Shown here: positions 42,778 through 55,625 of the stretch, in pieces
Layout of the letters: every line of letters begins with the position of its first letter
Position numbering within the stretch: position 1 is the first letter of the stretch
NCBI GenBank assembly: GCA_963804955.1
Contig: CAWDSQ010000020.1
Span: 96,001 to 160,000 of the forward strand
Reading direction: 5' to 3'
Source: an uncultured delta proteobacterium
GTDB taxonomy: Bacteria > Desulfobacterota > WTBG01 > CAIYCZ01 > CAIRTM01
Length of the DNA stretch: 64,000 bases
The notes under the pieces: generated by a model
The model's input: only the letters and a program-made list of their open reading frames with translations
What the model was told of the DNA's origin: nothing
Databases searched by the model: none
Made by a program: the position numbers and the translations under genes

Positions 42778-45700
42778 TCAGTTCAGTTCGACAGATACGA
42801 TTTTAGATACGCCGCGTTCCTCCATGGTTACGCCATAGAGTGAATTGGCTGCCTGCATGGAAAGTTTGTTATGGGTGATGATGATGAATTGAGACTTTTC
42901 AGCCATTCTTTTTAAATGCGTTATAAATCGGCCGATATTTGAATCATCAAGCGGTGCGTCGATTTCGTCCATGAGACAGAATGGCGTTGGTTTGGTAAGA
43001 AAGATGGAAAACATGAGAGCAATGACCGTCAGTGCGCGCTCGCCACCGGACAGCAGATCAAGGCTCTGCAGCTTTTTACCGGGCGGCTGTGCGAACACCT
43101 CAATACCTGTTTCAAGCAGGTCATTTTCATTGGTGAGCTGCATATAGGCCTTTCCACCGTTAAAAAGCAGGGGGAAAAGCTCTTTAAAATGGTCATTGAT
43201 CGTCGTGTACGTATCGAAGAATTTTTGCCGGGTAATTTTGTTTATTTTAGTTATTACTTTCTGCAGAGAATCAATAGCCTGCAGAAGATCCTGTTCTTGA
43301 GACATCAGATGCTGATAGCGCTGTTCCAGCTCTTCATACTCGCGTGCTGCTCCAAGATTGACATCGCCGATACTGGACAGTCGTTTTTGCAGTTCTTCAA
43401 GCCGGCTTTGTGTTTCATGCTCACTGAAAGCGTCATCGTCAAGGGGCTGAGGAAGTTCCTCCATGGGCAGAGCGTATTTGTCATAAACTTCTTTTGCAAG
43501 ATATTCAAGATGCATTTCGTTGGCGGCATGGTCCCGTTCAATTTCGTGAATTCTGGGGCCAATGTCCTCCCAGCGGCGCTGCAGATCTTTCATAGTGAGC
43601 TTCGTGATTCAATCACTGAATCTTCAAGCGCTTGTGAAGACTCTCGAAGCTGATTCAAGGGCGGTTTCCATCTGCCGGTTCTGATCGATGAATTCATGAA
43701 TGCGCTCTTTTGCAGCAGCGATACTTTCAACGAGGCTATGGGATTTCAGGAGCAAGGATTCGCTCTCTGTCTGTAATTGAGAAATCTTTTCCTGTGCCTG
43801 CTGCTTTTGAAAATCAAGCCGCTGCAATTGCGCCCGGACGCTTTCAAGTTCTTTCTGTGCTGAAGCAAGGGCAATTCGTGTGTCGGTATGGCTGGTTTCG
43901 GAAGATTCAACTTCGGCAGTCAAGCTCTTTCACCAGCGTCTGGAGGCCGGTTATTGCCTGCATCTTTTGCTCTTCAGCTTCCTGCAGAGCAATTTCTTTT
44001 TCCTGCAATGCTGCAAGTTCATGCTCATGGCCTGTCAAGGGCGCTGCGGCATGACGACAATTCCTGTGAAAGTGTCTCCATTTTTCTCTGTTCCTGCGTT
44101 AGCTCATGCTCTGCATGCTCTATGTTTTTTTCAACTTCAACAAGTGAAATATCAAGACGCTGCTTTTCAGCGGCTAGAGTTTCAAACTCCTGCCGGCGCT
44201 ATCTGGAGCTTTTCGGCAAGCTCATCTTTTTCGTCCCGTAATAGAGCAAGGCTTGATTCGCGTACTTGCCAGCTCCAGCGGTGAATTCCCGTATTTCACG
44301 GTTTCTTTTAAGTATGCCGGCGCCGACGCCATCACCGCTGCCGCCGGTCAGTATGCCCTTGGCATCAATGACATCTCCCTCAGAGGTAACAATGATAACC
44401 TTACGGTTCATGGTTTGCCAGATTGCAAGTGCTGAAGACAGCGTATCGGTCAACAAAACATCTCCGAGAAGCTCGTCGACAATATCTTCAAATCCTTTCT
44501 TGATTTTTACAACCGAAAGAAGTGATGCGGCGCCAGCACGGAATATCTACCGGTGGTTTTTGTGCGGTGCGTGCAATAAACGAAACTCTTCCACCGCTGC
44601 AGCTGCGCAGATACTCTATGGCCTCTACTGCGTCCTGAGGCGTATCGATGACAATTGCCTGGAGCATTCTGTCAAGGGCGGCCTCTAACGGCGCATTCAT
44701 GCTGAGATGATGTTTCCAGCACATCGGCAAGCAGACAGATAATGCCCGGCAGTTTTTTGTCAGATGTTTCAGCTCCTGCCATGACGGTGCGGACGCCGGC
44801 ATTATAGCCCTCAAGATTTTTTTGCAGCTCCTGAAGAGACTGAAGCTTGGCATGTACGGAGCTGCACCGGTCGCGCATATCATTAACTTCAGCTTCCTTG
44901 CGGTGCAAGTGCCTCTGCAATACTGGCGGTTTTTTCGCGGTTGGTGATTATTTTTTCATCCTGCTGTGTGCGAAGAGCACCCAGCTCATTTCCCTGTCGC
45001 TCAAGTACGGACTTTTTTTCCTCTACGGCCAGACGAGCGTGCGCAGCGCAGTCTCATTATCAAGTTCAAATTTTTGTATGCGCAGGGTGAGCTCTTCATG
45101 AAGGCGGTTGTGTCATCGCAATGCTGTTTTTGATTTCAGCACGGGTCTGCTTCAATGTCAAAGTACTGTCTGTTCTCATGTTCGATTGAGTTCTGAACGT
45201 CACGCTGTCGGTGTTTTGCTACGGACAGGGATTCCGAAGAGGATTCAAAGCTGCTTTCAAGAGCCTTGATTCGTTCATGCAGCTCGGCTTCAGCGTGGCT
45301 GCTTGCGCTGCGTTCAGTATCCGTAGAGGCAAATTCATTTTCGAGAGACTCGATTGTTGCATGTATTTTTTGAATCTGTTCCTGGATGGTCTGCAGCTCT
45401 TTTTCATTGAGCGCCAGAGCATTTTCTTCGCGCTGGGTTTTTTCTTTAGCGTTATAATAATCTTCCTGGACCTGCTTGATTTTGTTGTTTAATTCTGTAA
45501 GATTGAGCTTGTTTTCCTGAAGTACAGCCTCAGAGGAATCGCGCTGCGTTGACAGCTGTGTTTCTTCATCCTGCAGCATAACAAGGCTGCTCTGAAGCTC
45601 CGCCTGTGCCTGTTTGAGCGCAGCGCAGCCGGCGAGCGGCAAGCTGAAGTTCGATCTGGCGTATTTCCTCCCGGATATTGCGATGCCGCTTGAGCCTTTT

Positions 45701-46366
45701 TACCTGCAGATCAAGGCCGCGCATCTGGATTTGAATTTCATTTAGTATATCTTTTATGCGCGCGAGATTGTTTTTTGTCGACTCCATCTTGGAGAGGGCT
45801 TCTTTTTTGCGTGTCCGGTACTTGGAAATGCCGGCGGCTTCCTCAATGAGAATGCGTCTTTCATCAGGCTTCAGGCTCAGAATAAAATCGACTTTCCCCT
45901 GCTCCATGATGGAATATGATTTTGTGCCGACACCGGAATCAAGAAAAACCTCAACGATGTCTTTAAGACGGCAGGGCACCTTATTGATAAAATATTCACT
46001 TTCCCCGGAGCGATGCAGTCGGCGTGTGAGCATTATTTCCGTAACTCCGCCGAGAACTGATGCTGTATGTTCATGGCCATTACCATTTCCATTGCCATTG
46101 CCATTAGCATTGGAGAGCACCATGGAAACTTCGGCCAAACCTGTTGACTTGCGGGTTTCACTTCCGTTGAAAATTAAATCTTCCATCTTGGAGCCACGCA
46201 AATGTCGCGCATTATGTTCGCCCATGATCCAGCGAATAGCATCCATGATATTGCTTTTGCCGCAGCCGTTTGGCCCTACAAGCGCAGTGATTCCAGGTTT
46301 GAAATTCAGTTTGACGCGCTCGACAAACGACTTAAATCCTGCAATTTCAAGCTCTTTTACCTGCAT
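42778..46366 (-). CDS. smc: Chromosome segregation protein SMC; multiple frameshifts
   Basis: GFKSF, GPNGCGKSN, hinge GILTGG, LSGGE, MDEIDAPLD. Confidence 0.95.
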
Positions 46367-46492
46367 GCAAAACCTCAGGTTATGTTGGTAATTATTTGAT
46401 TTATCTTATAAATTATGAAAATATTGGCTGATTTTATATTTTTATTAACTTTAGCAGATAAAAAAAACCATGTAAAGTAAAAAATGCGAGAA

Positions 46493-46540
46493 AGCACAAG
46501 ATATAGTTATTGCATTAATTCATCAGCACAATTAATTGTA
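46493..46540. promoter_or_regulatory. Tandem NrdR-box-like sites
   Basis: agCACAAGATATAGtt and agCACAATTAATTGta, 32 bp apart start to start. Confidence 0.6.
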
Positions 46541-46622
46541 TTTCAAGGGTTTAGGCAATGAAGGATTTTGCATGCGCGGCTGTTATGTGCTATGGTTCTG
46601 GCAACTTTGATGAGGAGCTGTT

Positions 46623-48009
46623 ATGATTAATCAGATTTATAAGCTGCTGCAGGAAAATCTTGATCCGCATAAGGTTATCATGGATGCAGATATTCTTGAG
46701 AGTTACAGCCGGGATGAAACCCCTGATATGGCTGCTGCTCCGGATATTCTTGTTCGGGCTGAAAATGTTCATGATGTCAGCATAACGCTCAAAATTTGCA
46801 GTGAGCATAAAATTCCTGTAACTCCGCGCGGCGCAGGCACCGGGGTGACCGGAGGCGCGCTGCCTGTTATGAAGGGAGTTGTTCTCAGCCTTGAAAAATT
46901 CAATCGCATACTTGAGATTGACCGGGATAATATGGTTGCGGTTGTTGAGCCCGGAGCTATTACCGGAGACATACAAAAGGCGGCACTTGAACAGGGTTTG
47001 ATGTATCCGCCGGATCCTGCCAGTCTTGAGACCTGCTCAATCGGCGGCAATGTGGCTGAAGGGGCCGGGGGACCACGGGCCGTAAAATACGGCACTACAA
47101 AAGATTATATGCTCGGCCTCGAGTTTGTTTTGCCTGACGGCAGCTTTAATGCAGACCGGCGGCAAGATAGTAAAAAATGCTACGGGTTACAATTTAGCCG
47201 GGATTCTGATTGGATCTGAAGGAACGCTTGCAGTTATTACAAAAATTTATCTCAAGCTTATTCCTGCTCCAAAGGTTACACTGGATGTCCTGCTGCCGTT
47301 TGACAGCCTTGAACAGGCCATTGATGCCGTGTATGCCATTTTGATGCAACCGTGTTATTCCGGCAACGCTTGAGTTTATGGAGCAGGATGCTATCAGACT
47401 GGTGTCAAAACATATTCAAACAACAATTCCCTGCGTTGACGCCGGTGCTCATCTGCTGATTCAGATTGACGGGAATACTGAAGATCAGGTCCTGTCCGAT
47501 CTTCAGACCATTGTTGAGGCTGTGCAGGATTGATGCAGATAAGATGTTTATCGCACAATCGCAATCGCAAAAAGAGCGTCTTTGGAAAGCCCGGCGTTCA
47601 ATTCGTGAGTCTATTCAGGCAGAAAGCAGTGTTTTTGCTGCGGAGGATTGCGTTGTGCCGCGCGCCAGAATCCCGCAGTTTGTCAAAGATCTTAAAGCGT
47701 ATTTTCAAAATAAAGCTTTGCGCTCAGTGATGTTCGGCCATGCCGGCGACGGCAATGTTCATATCGATGTTTTAAAAGATGCTATTGCCTATGATGAATG
47801 GAAAAAAATGCTGCCGGATATTAAGCGTGCAATATATCGCCGCGCTCTTGATTTTGGCGGTACTATAACCGGAGAACATGGTATCGGATGCCTGCGCAAG
47901 GATTATTTGAGTCTTGCACTATCATCTGATGAGATCGATCTGAGCAGACGCATCAAAGCTGCTTTTGATCCCGGACATGATACTTAATCCCGGTAAGATT
48001 TTTCCCTAG
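46623..48009 (+). CDS. FAD-linked oxidase, GlcD/D-lactate dehydrogenase family; frameshifted
   Basis: PRGAGTG, YPPDPAS, GSEGTL, GHAGDGNVH, TGEHGIG, LNPGKIF. Confidence 0.9.
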
Positions 48010-48091
48010 TTTTTACATTTCTATGTTTACAATACGCATCCTCTTGTGCAAAATTTATAGGTAAGACGTCACACAACCATGGGGGACCACT

Positions 48092-48928
48092 ATGATAAAA
48101 AGAATTCTTATACCTACGGACGGATCATCCAACAGCGCGACGGCCCTTGAATACGGTGTTGCCCTGGCAGCTTATTTTGATGCCGAAATTACAGGCCTTA
48201 ATGTTATTGATATTCGATCCCTTGAGGGACCTTTGCTCAGCGATATCTCAGGCTCCCTGGGTTTTAGCCCGATTCAGAATTATCTGCCGCGTTTTCAGCA
48301 GATACTTGATGATCGCGCCGATACCATACTTGATATGTTTAGAAATCGATGTGCTGAAAAAGGCCTGATCAGCAAAAACAAAAAAAATGACGGGCATTAT
48401 CGCCAATATTATAGCCGATGAGGCACGCAAAGCAGAACTGGTTGTTATTTCACAGCATGGAGAGCATGAACAGTGGTCATCCGGGCTTTTGGGTTCAACG
48501 ACCGAATCCGTCGTTCGAAAGTCACCCGTACCTGTGCTTGTGACGCCCGGCACGTACCGCCAGTTTCAGAATATCCTTATCGCCTATGATGGCAGCATTG
48601 AATCTTCAAACGCGCTTAAATGCGCCTGTGCTTTTTTTGGCGCTACCTGCCAGAATATAAAAATTATTTATGTTGCTCAGGATGAAGAAAAGGGCAGGGC
48701 GCTTGCTGCTGAAATCGCAGAAATTACAGCCCCGTATTCCTTAACCTATGAGGGCGTATGGCTTCAGGGTGATGCACCCAAAGAGATTTTGTCCTTTGCC
48801 GACCGCATGCTATCGACCTTATCATCATGGGAGCTTTTTCGCACGGAAGGCTTCATGACCTGATTCTCGGCAGCACAGCTGCGTATATAATCAGAAAATC
48901 AACAATTCCGATACTGCTCCATCGCTAG
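48092..48928 (+). CDS. Universal stress protein (tandem UspA domains); frameshifted
   Basis: ILIPTDGS, LLGSTTESVVR, ILIAYDGS. Confidence 0.88.
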
Positions 48929-48954
48929 ATTAGAAGGGTTAGCGCATACATTCA

Positions 48955-49734
48955 ATGTCACCGCTTGATGCTGTTATTATTGCCATAGTGGAGGGTATTA
49001 CTGAATTTCTTCCCATTTCATCTACCGGTCATATGATCATTGCCGAGAGAATTCTTGGCCTGAAAAATACGGATTTCACCAAGACCTTCATCGTCAATAT
49101 TCAGTTCGGAGCTATTTTATCAGTCGTTGCGCTTTACTGGAGAAAGTTCTTTCAATCCCTGGATTTTTATATAAAGCTGTTTATTGCTTTTATCCCGGCT
49201 GCTGTGATCGGTTTTCTGCTGCATGACTACATTGACGCCCTTCTTGAAAGTGTTGTGGTCGTAGCGGTGACTATGCTCGCGGGCGGAATAATTCTGCTTT
49301 TTGTTGACCGGTGGTTTCGCACCCCCTCACAAGACCAAAGCATAACAAGCAAAAAGGCCCTGATTATTGGTTTCTTTCAGTGCATTGCCATGATTCCGGG
49401 CGTCTCCCGGTCGGCAGCAACTATCATCGGCGGCATGTCGCAGAAACTCGACCGGACCACCGCTGCCGAGTTTTCTTTTTTCCTTGCTGTGCCCACCATG
49501 TTTGCCGCTTCAGCGTACAAGCTTTTAAAAAGCTATCAAACTATCACGAGCGAGACTATCGGGATATTGCTGCTTGGCAATGCTGTGGCTTTTGTCGTGG
49601 CTATGCTTGCCATTAAAAGCTTTATTGCCTATCTGACGAAACACGGATTCAAGGTGTTTGGCTGGTACCGAATCGCTGTAGGTTTGCTGATTCTCCTTCT
49701 CCATGCTTGCGGCTACAACCTGTCGATCAGGTAA
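48955..49734 (+). CDS. uppP: Undecaprenyl-diphosphatase
   Basis: [26 protein letters not shown]. Confidence 0.96.
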   Translation: MSPLDAVIIAIVEGITEFLPISSTGHMIIAERILGLKNTDFTKTFIVNIQFGAILSVVALYWRKFFQSLDFYIKLFIAFIPAAVIGFLLHDYIDALLESVVVVAVTMLAGGIILLFVDRWFRTPSQDQSITSKKALIIGFFQCIAMIPGVSRSAATIIGGMSQKLDRTTAAEFSFFLAVPTMFAASAYKLLKSYQTITSETIGILLLGNAVAFVVAMLAIKSFIAYLTKHGFKVFGWYRIAVGLLILLLHACGYNLSIR

Positions 49735-49744
49735 AGCCGCGCCA

Positions 49745-50398
49745 CTATATACCCATCGCTTTTTTGACCAGCGCTCTGCTGCTATCGAGCATCCTGCTGA
49801 AATCATCTTCGCTGAGGCCCGCACCCTGAGCAGTCATTTTCGCTCGTTCAAGAGAAATAAGATCATCAGGGGCATGCGTATCCGTATTTAATATGAGCTG
49901 CGCACCATATTTGAGGGCGGTCTTTGCCACATGTCCGTTTGAAAGGCAGTGCCCCTTCCTGGCTGAAATTTCCAGGCAAATGCCATTGCGGGCTGCAAGC
50001 TCGGCGTCTTCGTCGCTGATAAGACCCGGATGCGCCAGTATGTCGATATCGGATTCCAGAGCTTTTCTATTGGTGCCGGGCATGACCGGCTCAACGATGG
50101 TTTCACCATGCACGACAATGATACGCGCCCCCAGTGAGCGTGCTTTCCGGGCAAGTTCGGCGATATCATCGGGATGCACATGCGTTAACTCGATACCGGG
50201 CACTGCGATAAGCCCCTTTTTTTCATTAATTTTTGCGCATGCCTCTCTGATCCGCGGGATGATGAAATCAAGGTTCGAGATGTCGGCGTGATCGGTGAGG
50301 GCAATTGCCGTATAGCCGATAACTTCAGCCCGTCGAACAAGCTCTGAAGGAACAAGCTCACCATCACTAAACAGGGTATGCGTATGAAGGTCTATCAT
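49745..50398 (-). CDS. PHP-domain protein (histidinol-phosphatase-like)
   Basis: DLHTHTLFSDG, TDH, HGET, AHPG, NTDTH. Confidence 0.9.
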   Translation of the reverse strand: MIDLHTHTLFSDGELVPSELVRRAEVIGYTAIALTDHADISNLDFIIPRIREACAKINEKKGLIAVPGIELTHVHPDDIAELARKARSLGARIIVVHGETIVEPVMPGTNRKALESDIDILAHPGLISDEDAELAARNGICLEISARKGHCLSNGHVAKTALKYGAQLILNTDTHAPDDLISLERAKMTAQGAGLSEDDFSRMLDSSRALVKKAMGI

Positions 50399-50410
50399 GT
50401 CTGTCCCTCT

Positions 50411-51729
50411 TTAAATAAGTTTTCCAGTCAATGAATGTATATTAGCTTTTTCAATCAGCACCATGCCTTTTTTGCCAATCATCATTTCAGGCCCCATGCA
50501 GTTGACGACTTTACAGGATCTTGTACGACCGGCAATGCAACCGTTTCCTTTTTTGCTCTGCTCCTCAAAAAGCACCTCGACAACTGTACCCACATAGGCA
50601 CTGTTTTTTTTCAGGCTGATGGTTCGTTGCCTTTCATTGAGTCTTTTAAGGCGATCTATTTTGACAGGGTAGGGGATAGTATCGGGCATTTCCGCTGCCT
50701 TAGTTCCTTTGCGGTCAGTATAATGAAAAATAAAAAGATCATCAAACTTAATTTCATCAATTAGTGAAGCGGTTTCTTCGAATTCAGCATCTGTTTCGCC
50801 GGGATAGCCGACAATAATATCGGATGTAATGCTTATTTGGGGCGCCACTGTGCGAAGAAGTATAATTTTTTCAAGGTAGGTTTGCCGGGTGTACTGCCTG
50901 TTCATATGCTGCAGTATCCGGTCAGATCCGGACTGCATGGGCAGGTGAATATGTTCGCACAGTTTTTGGATATATCCGAAGGATTCTATCAGCTCAGGTG
51001 ATAAGTCTTTGGGATGAGATGTTGTAAATCGAATGCGTTCAAGGCCTTTGATTGTATCGAGCTGCTGTAATAATTCTGTAAATGTTGTCTTTGGGATTAG
51101 ATTTTTCCCGTAGGAGTTGACGTTCTGGCCAAGCAGGGTGACTTCGCGAACGCCTCCATTTACAAGACTCTGAACTTCGCTCAATAATTTCATCAGCTGG
51201 TCTGCTCCACTCTCTGCCCACGGACATGGGGAACGATGCAGTAGGAGCAAAAGTTGTCGCAACCCTGCATGATCGTAACATAAGCGCTTATTTGACCGGG
51301 TTGCGGCATATAGCGATGATCTGCATAAAACTGGCGTGTGGTCTCCATGGCAATGTCTGCAACTCTGGTGGCCTTTCGCGCATTGTTTATAAGCTGCAGC
51401 AAACGGGGAAGAGCCTTCGTGCCGAATACAAAATCAACATACGGGAATTTTTTAAGAAGTTTTTCACCTTCCTGTTGCGCCAGACAACCGCCAACACCAA
51501 TCAAAATATCAGGATTTGTTTTTTTGTATTTTTTTATTCTCCCCAGCTCGCTGTATATTTTATCTTCAGCTTTTTGCCGCACCGTACAGGTGTTCAGTAT
51601 GATTATTGAAGCATCTTCATAGGTTGAGGCAGCAGCATAGCCGTCTTCTTCGAGCAGTTTGCATATACGCAATGATTCATACTCGTTCATCTGACAGCCG
51701 AATGTTTTGATATAAAAACGTTTTTTCAT
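50411..51729 (-). CDS. miaB: tRNA i6A37 methylthiotransferase; one frameshift
   Basis: TFGCQMN, NTCTVR, GCDNFCSYC, LLGQNVNSY, C-terminal TRAM. Confidence 0.95.
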
Positions 51730-51860
51730 TATTCCTGATCCTGGCATTATTTCAAAATCAATTCAGTGTTGCAGCTCCGCCAGGGCTTTTTTATATGAAA
51801 AACACCAGCACAGTGGCGGTTATATATAGAGAATTATTGTTTTTGACAAGCTTAAAGCAT

Positions 51861-51876
51861 AGGCATGCTGAATGCA
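51861..51876 (+). promoter_or_regulatory. Possible sigma54 (-24/-12) promoter upstream of the che cluster
   Basis: aGGcatgctgaatGCa (GG-N10-GC). Confidence 0.35.
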
Positions 51877-52265
51877 AGCATCATACTGCAACGCAGTGCA
51901 GCGTTCGGAGGGTGCACATCACTGTCTGTCTGTATGCCTGCTTTTGATGGAGGTTTGTTTTGTTGACTTAATCAGCGGCCCACATTGTTTTTAACTTTTG
52001 TGATAATTTAATGTTATGAAATTGTTTTATTTCTTTTTAAAATAGTATATAAATAGTATGACCGTAACAAATTGTAGATCCGTAAATACGGATTTATTCT
52101 ACTATGTGTGTGTTTCTTGTTACTAATGAGGTGGGAATGAAATTTTTTTGCTTTAAATATTAAACATAATAATTGTATAAAAACATACAATGATAAAATG
52201 CAAAATCCTGCGTCCAGATAATAAAAATAAATTGCCAACCAATAATCATCTAAAGGAGTAGCCCT

Positions 52266-52646
52266 ATGCCCGCAAATACGAATATGAAAATACTGGTCGT
52301 CGATGATTTTCAGACTATGCGACGCATCATACGAAATTATTTAAGGCAGCTGGGATTCAATAATGTGGAAGAAGCTGAGGATGGGGATGTTGCTCTGGAA
52401 AAGCTCAAGGAATCCGAATTTGATTTTGTTATTACTGACTGGAACATGCCTAAAATGACAGGCATTGATCTTTTAAAAAAAATCCGCGCAGCGAATAATT
52501 TTAAAAATATTCCTGTACTGATCATCACAGCAGAGGCTGAAAAGGAAAATGTCGTGCAGGCAGCACAGGCCGGTGTTAACGATTATATCGTCAAGCCTTT
52601 TACACCGGAAGTGCTTCAGACGAAAATCGAAAAGATTTTTCCCTGA
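52266..52646 (+). CDS. cheY: Chemotaxis response regulator
   Basis: ILVVDDF, TDWNMP, TAEA, YIVKPF. Confidence 0.95.
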   Translation: MPANTNMKILVVDDFQTMRRIIRNYLRQLGFNNVEEAEDGDVALEKLKESEFDFVITDWNMPKMTGIDLLKKIRAANNFKNIPVLIITAEAEKENVVQAAQAGVNDYIVKPFTPEVLQTKIEKIFP

Positions 52647-52691
52647 GGCCTTTCATAAACAACGACTATTGATGATTGTGCTCCGGATATA

Positions 52692-55496
52692 ATGGCTATG
52701 ATGTCTGAAAAAATCACCAGGGAGCTTGACGCTGTAGCGGAAGAACTCATTACAGCAGATCTCAACAATCTACAGGATCTCGGCAAGCTGATTACCTGCT
52801 TCCAGACTCTCCTGCAGATTGTCGCTGATTGTGGCTGTGATGTGGCTGTAAAGCCTGTGTCTGCTGCCATAGTTCTTATAAAAGACGCTATTCTTAATGA
52901 GGGAACCGACCGAAATAAACTTTTGAATATTCTCAATGCTACGGTTTCATGTCTTCAGCAGCTCACCCGCTCCGGCAGTATTGCTGACCATGTGCAGTTT
53001 CCTGAAGAATTATTTTTTCAAAGCGAATAACTATGCACGGCAGGGAAGGGTGCGCTGCAGGCCATCCTCCTGTGGAACAGTCACAGCAGGCCTGCGAAAA
53101 AAGAGGCCTGACCACTGTTGATGCACAATCACCTGACAGCACATTGCAGAATTTCATATTGCCTCTTACCATTGATGAAAGCATGTTTGTTGATTTTTTA
53201 AATGAGCAGGGCTCCATCCTCGATAAGGCCGAGGGAAACATTCTTTCACTGGAAAAATCCTTCAATAAGGACGTGCTTGATGATGTTCGCCGCATTTTTC
53301 ACACGATGAAGAGTGAATCAGCCGTATTTGAGATAGCGAACATTGCTCATTTGTGCCATGGGGTTGAAGATTTGTTTGATTCTCAGCCCACAGAGGTCTC
53401 AATTGATAAACTTTTTCTGGTCATTGACTGGCTCAAATATGCCTTTGATTGTTTAAAAACAGCGCGCATGCTTCCTGATGTTCCCGAACCACTGCGGGTT
53501 TACATGACCGCGTATGATACCTGCACCGGCAGACCAATGTCAAAACTTCGCACCAGGGACAGGAATATGTGATTAACCCTGAGCTTGTTGATGATATGCC
53601 GTCTTCGACTTCGCGCACGGACACTTTCCGATTCGTCTGGTGCGGATACACCGTATAAACTCGCCTGTTGATACTGCAACAGAGCGAACGGCCCTGCAGC
53701 TTGTCCATATGGATGTCGATCTTCTTTCTGATTTTGCAGCGGAGGTTCAGGAGCATTTAGATACAATTGATCACAGGCTTCTCGTACTTGAAAATGACCC
53801 GGCAGACCAGGAGAATTTGAATGCGGTTTTTAGAGTATTTCATACCATAAAAGGCGCCGCAGGTTTTCTGGCCCTTGATGATATATCAAGGCTGGCACAC
53901 ATGACCGAAAATATTCTTGACCGGGCTCGCAAAGGCGAGTTTCAGTTGTCTGGCGGCAGGATTGATATTATTTTCGAATCCGTTGATGAAATGAAGAGGC
54001 TGATACAGACAATCCACAATGCCATAACATCGGGCTCATCATCATATCCTTCGTCGCCGACACTGGAACCTTTGATCCATCGCATACAGTCTGTTGCTGC
54101 GGGCAGCCAGCTGATACAGTCAACCGATGTCAGTCATGGCCCACAGCAGCAGACGGCTCAAGCACGTCCAGACAGGGAGCAGCAAGCGGCACATACACAT
54201 ATTCAAAAAGGCCGTCACGACTCTTTTTTTAACCTGAATGCCGAAGCTGCGGATCAGCAGGAAAATCCGGATGAAGTCATGCTGAATACTGGCATGCACG
54301 CATCTCTTAAAATACGCGAATCCATTAAAGTCGATTCTGAAAGGCTTGACAAGCTGATTGATGCTATCGGTGAGATGGTGATTATTGAGTCCATGATCAG
54401 GCAGGATCCAAGCCTTACTTCTTTGGCTTCTTCGATGCTGCTTCAAAATATTTCACAGATGGATAAAATTACCCGTGAACTGCAGCAGCTTGCCATGTCA
54501 TTGCGCATGATACCGGTAAAGGCCACATTTCAAAAAATGGCCCGTGTCGTGCGTGATCTCGCGAAAAAAAGCGATAAAAAGATTGAATTCATCTCATCCG
54601 GTGAGGATGCGATGCTTGATAAAAGCGTTGTTGACCGTATCGGCGATCCGCTGATACATCTTGTCCGCAATTCTGTCGATCATGGCATTGAATCATCTTC
54701 TTCCATGCGCGCTGCAGCCAGTAAAAGTGAGATCGGTAAAATTGAACTGAATGCATATCATAAGGGCGGCAATATCTATATTGAAGTCAAAGATGACGGG
54801 AATGGCCTCGACAAGCACTCCATTTTTCAAAAAGCAAAAGAGCGGGGGCTCACTCGTGATGGTCAGTCTCTGAGCGACCGTGAAATTTTTAACTTTATAT
54901 TGCTGCCAGGATTCTCAACCGCACGCAAACTCACTGAAGTTTCCGGCCGCGGTGTCGGGATGGATGTTGTTAAGCGGGCAATGGATGACCTGCGAGGAAA
55001 TATTGATATCGTGTCGGAGCCAGGTGTCGGCACTACCTTCACTCTGCGACTTCCGCTCACGCTGGCCATAATAGACGGGATGCTCGTGCGTATCGGCTCT
55101 GAGCGGTATATTATACCAACACTTTCTATTGTTGAAGCCGTACGCCCCGAACATGACAGCATTACCTCTCTTGTTAATCGTGGAGAAATGATAACAATTC
55201 GAGACAACATTATTCCTTTATTTCGCCTGGGCACTCTTTTCAACATAGCTGATGCCCGACAGGACCCTGCTGAAGGAATCGTGATTGTGGTTGAAGACAG
55301 CGGCAAAATGGCCGGTATTCTTGTGGATGAACTGCTTGGTCAGCAATCAATCGTCATTAAAAGCATGGGGGCGACAATGAAGGGCTTACCGGGTGTTTCC
55401 GGGGGCTCCATACTTTCAGACGGCCGTGTCGGCATAATTATTGATGTCGCGGGCATTGTTAAACTTGCTATGTCCGGCAGTCACACTATCAGATAG
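52692..55496 (+). CDS. cheA: Chemotaxis histidine kinase with multiple Hpt domains; frameshifts near 53020 and 53530-53640
   Basis: FHTMKS and FHTIKG Hpt motifs, HLVRNSVDHG, GFST...SGRGVGMDVV, C-terminal CheW domain. Confidence 0.9.
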
Positions 55497-55625
55497 CCGG
55501 CAGGTTGTACGTTTGCATGTCAGAACTATGGTCGTCCAGACGGAACAGGGATCCACAGCTTTTCATAACCGGGCAAAAATTTTTTTCATGTTCGTGATAC
55601 AAACATAAAAATGGGGTACACAATC

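Noticed and set aside
52692..53572. Two independent small genes upstream of cheA
   Set aside because: One extra T in the T-run near 53015 joins the frames, and the downstream cheA fragment lacks a convincing start
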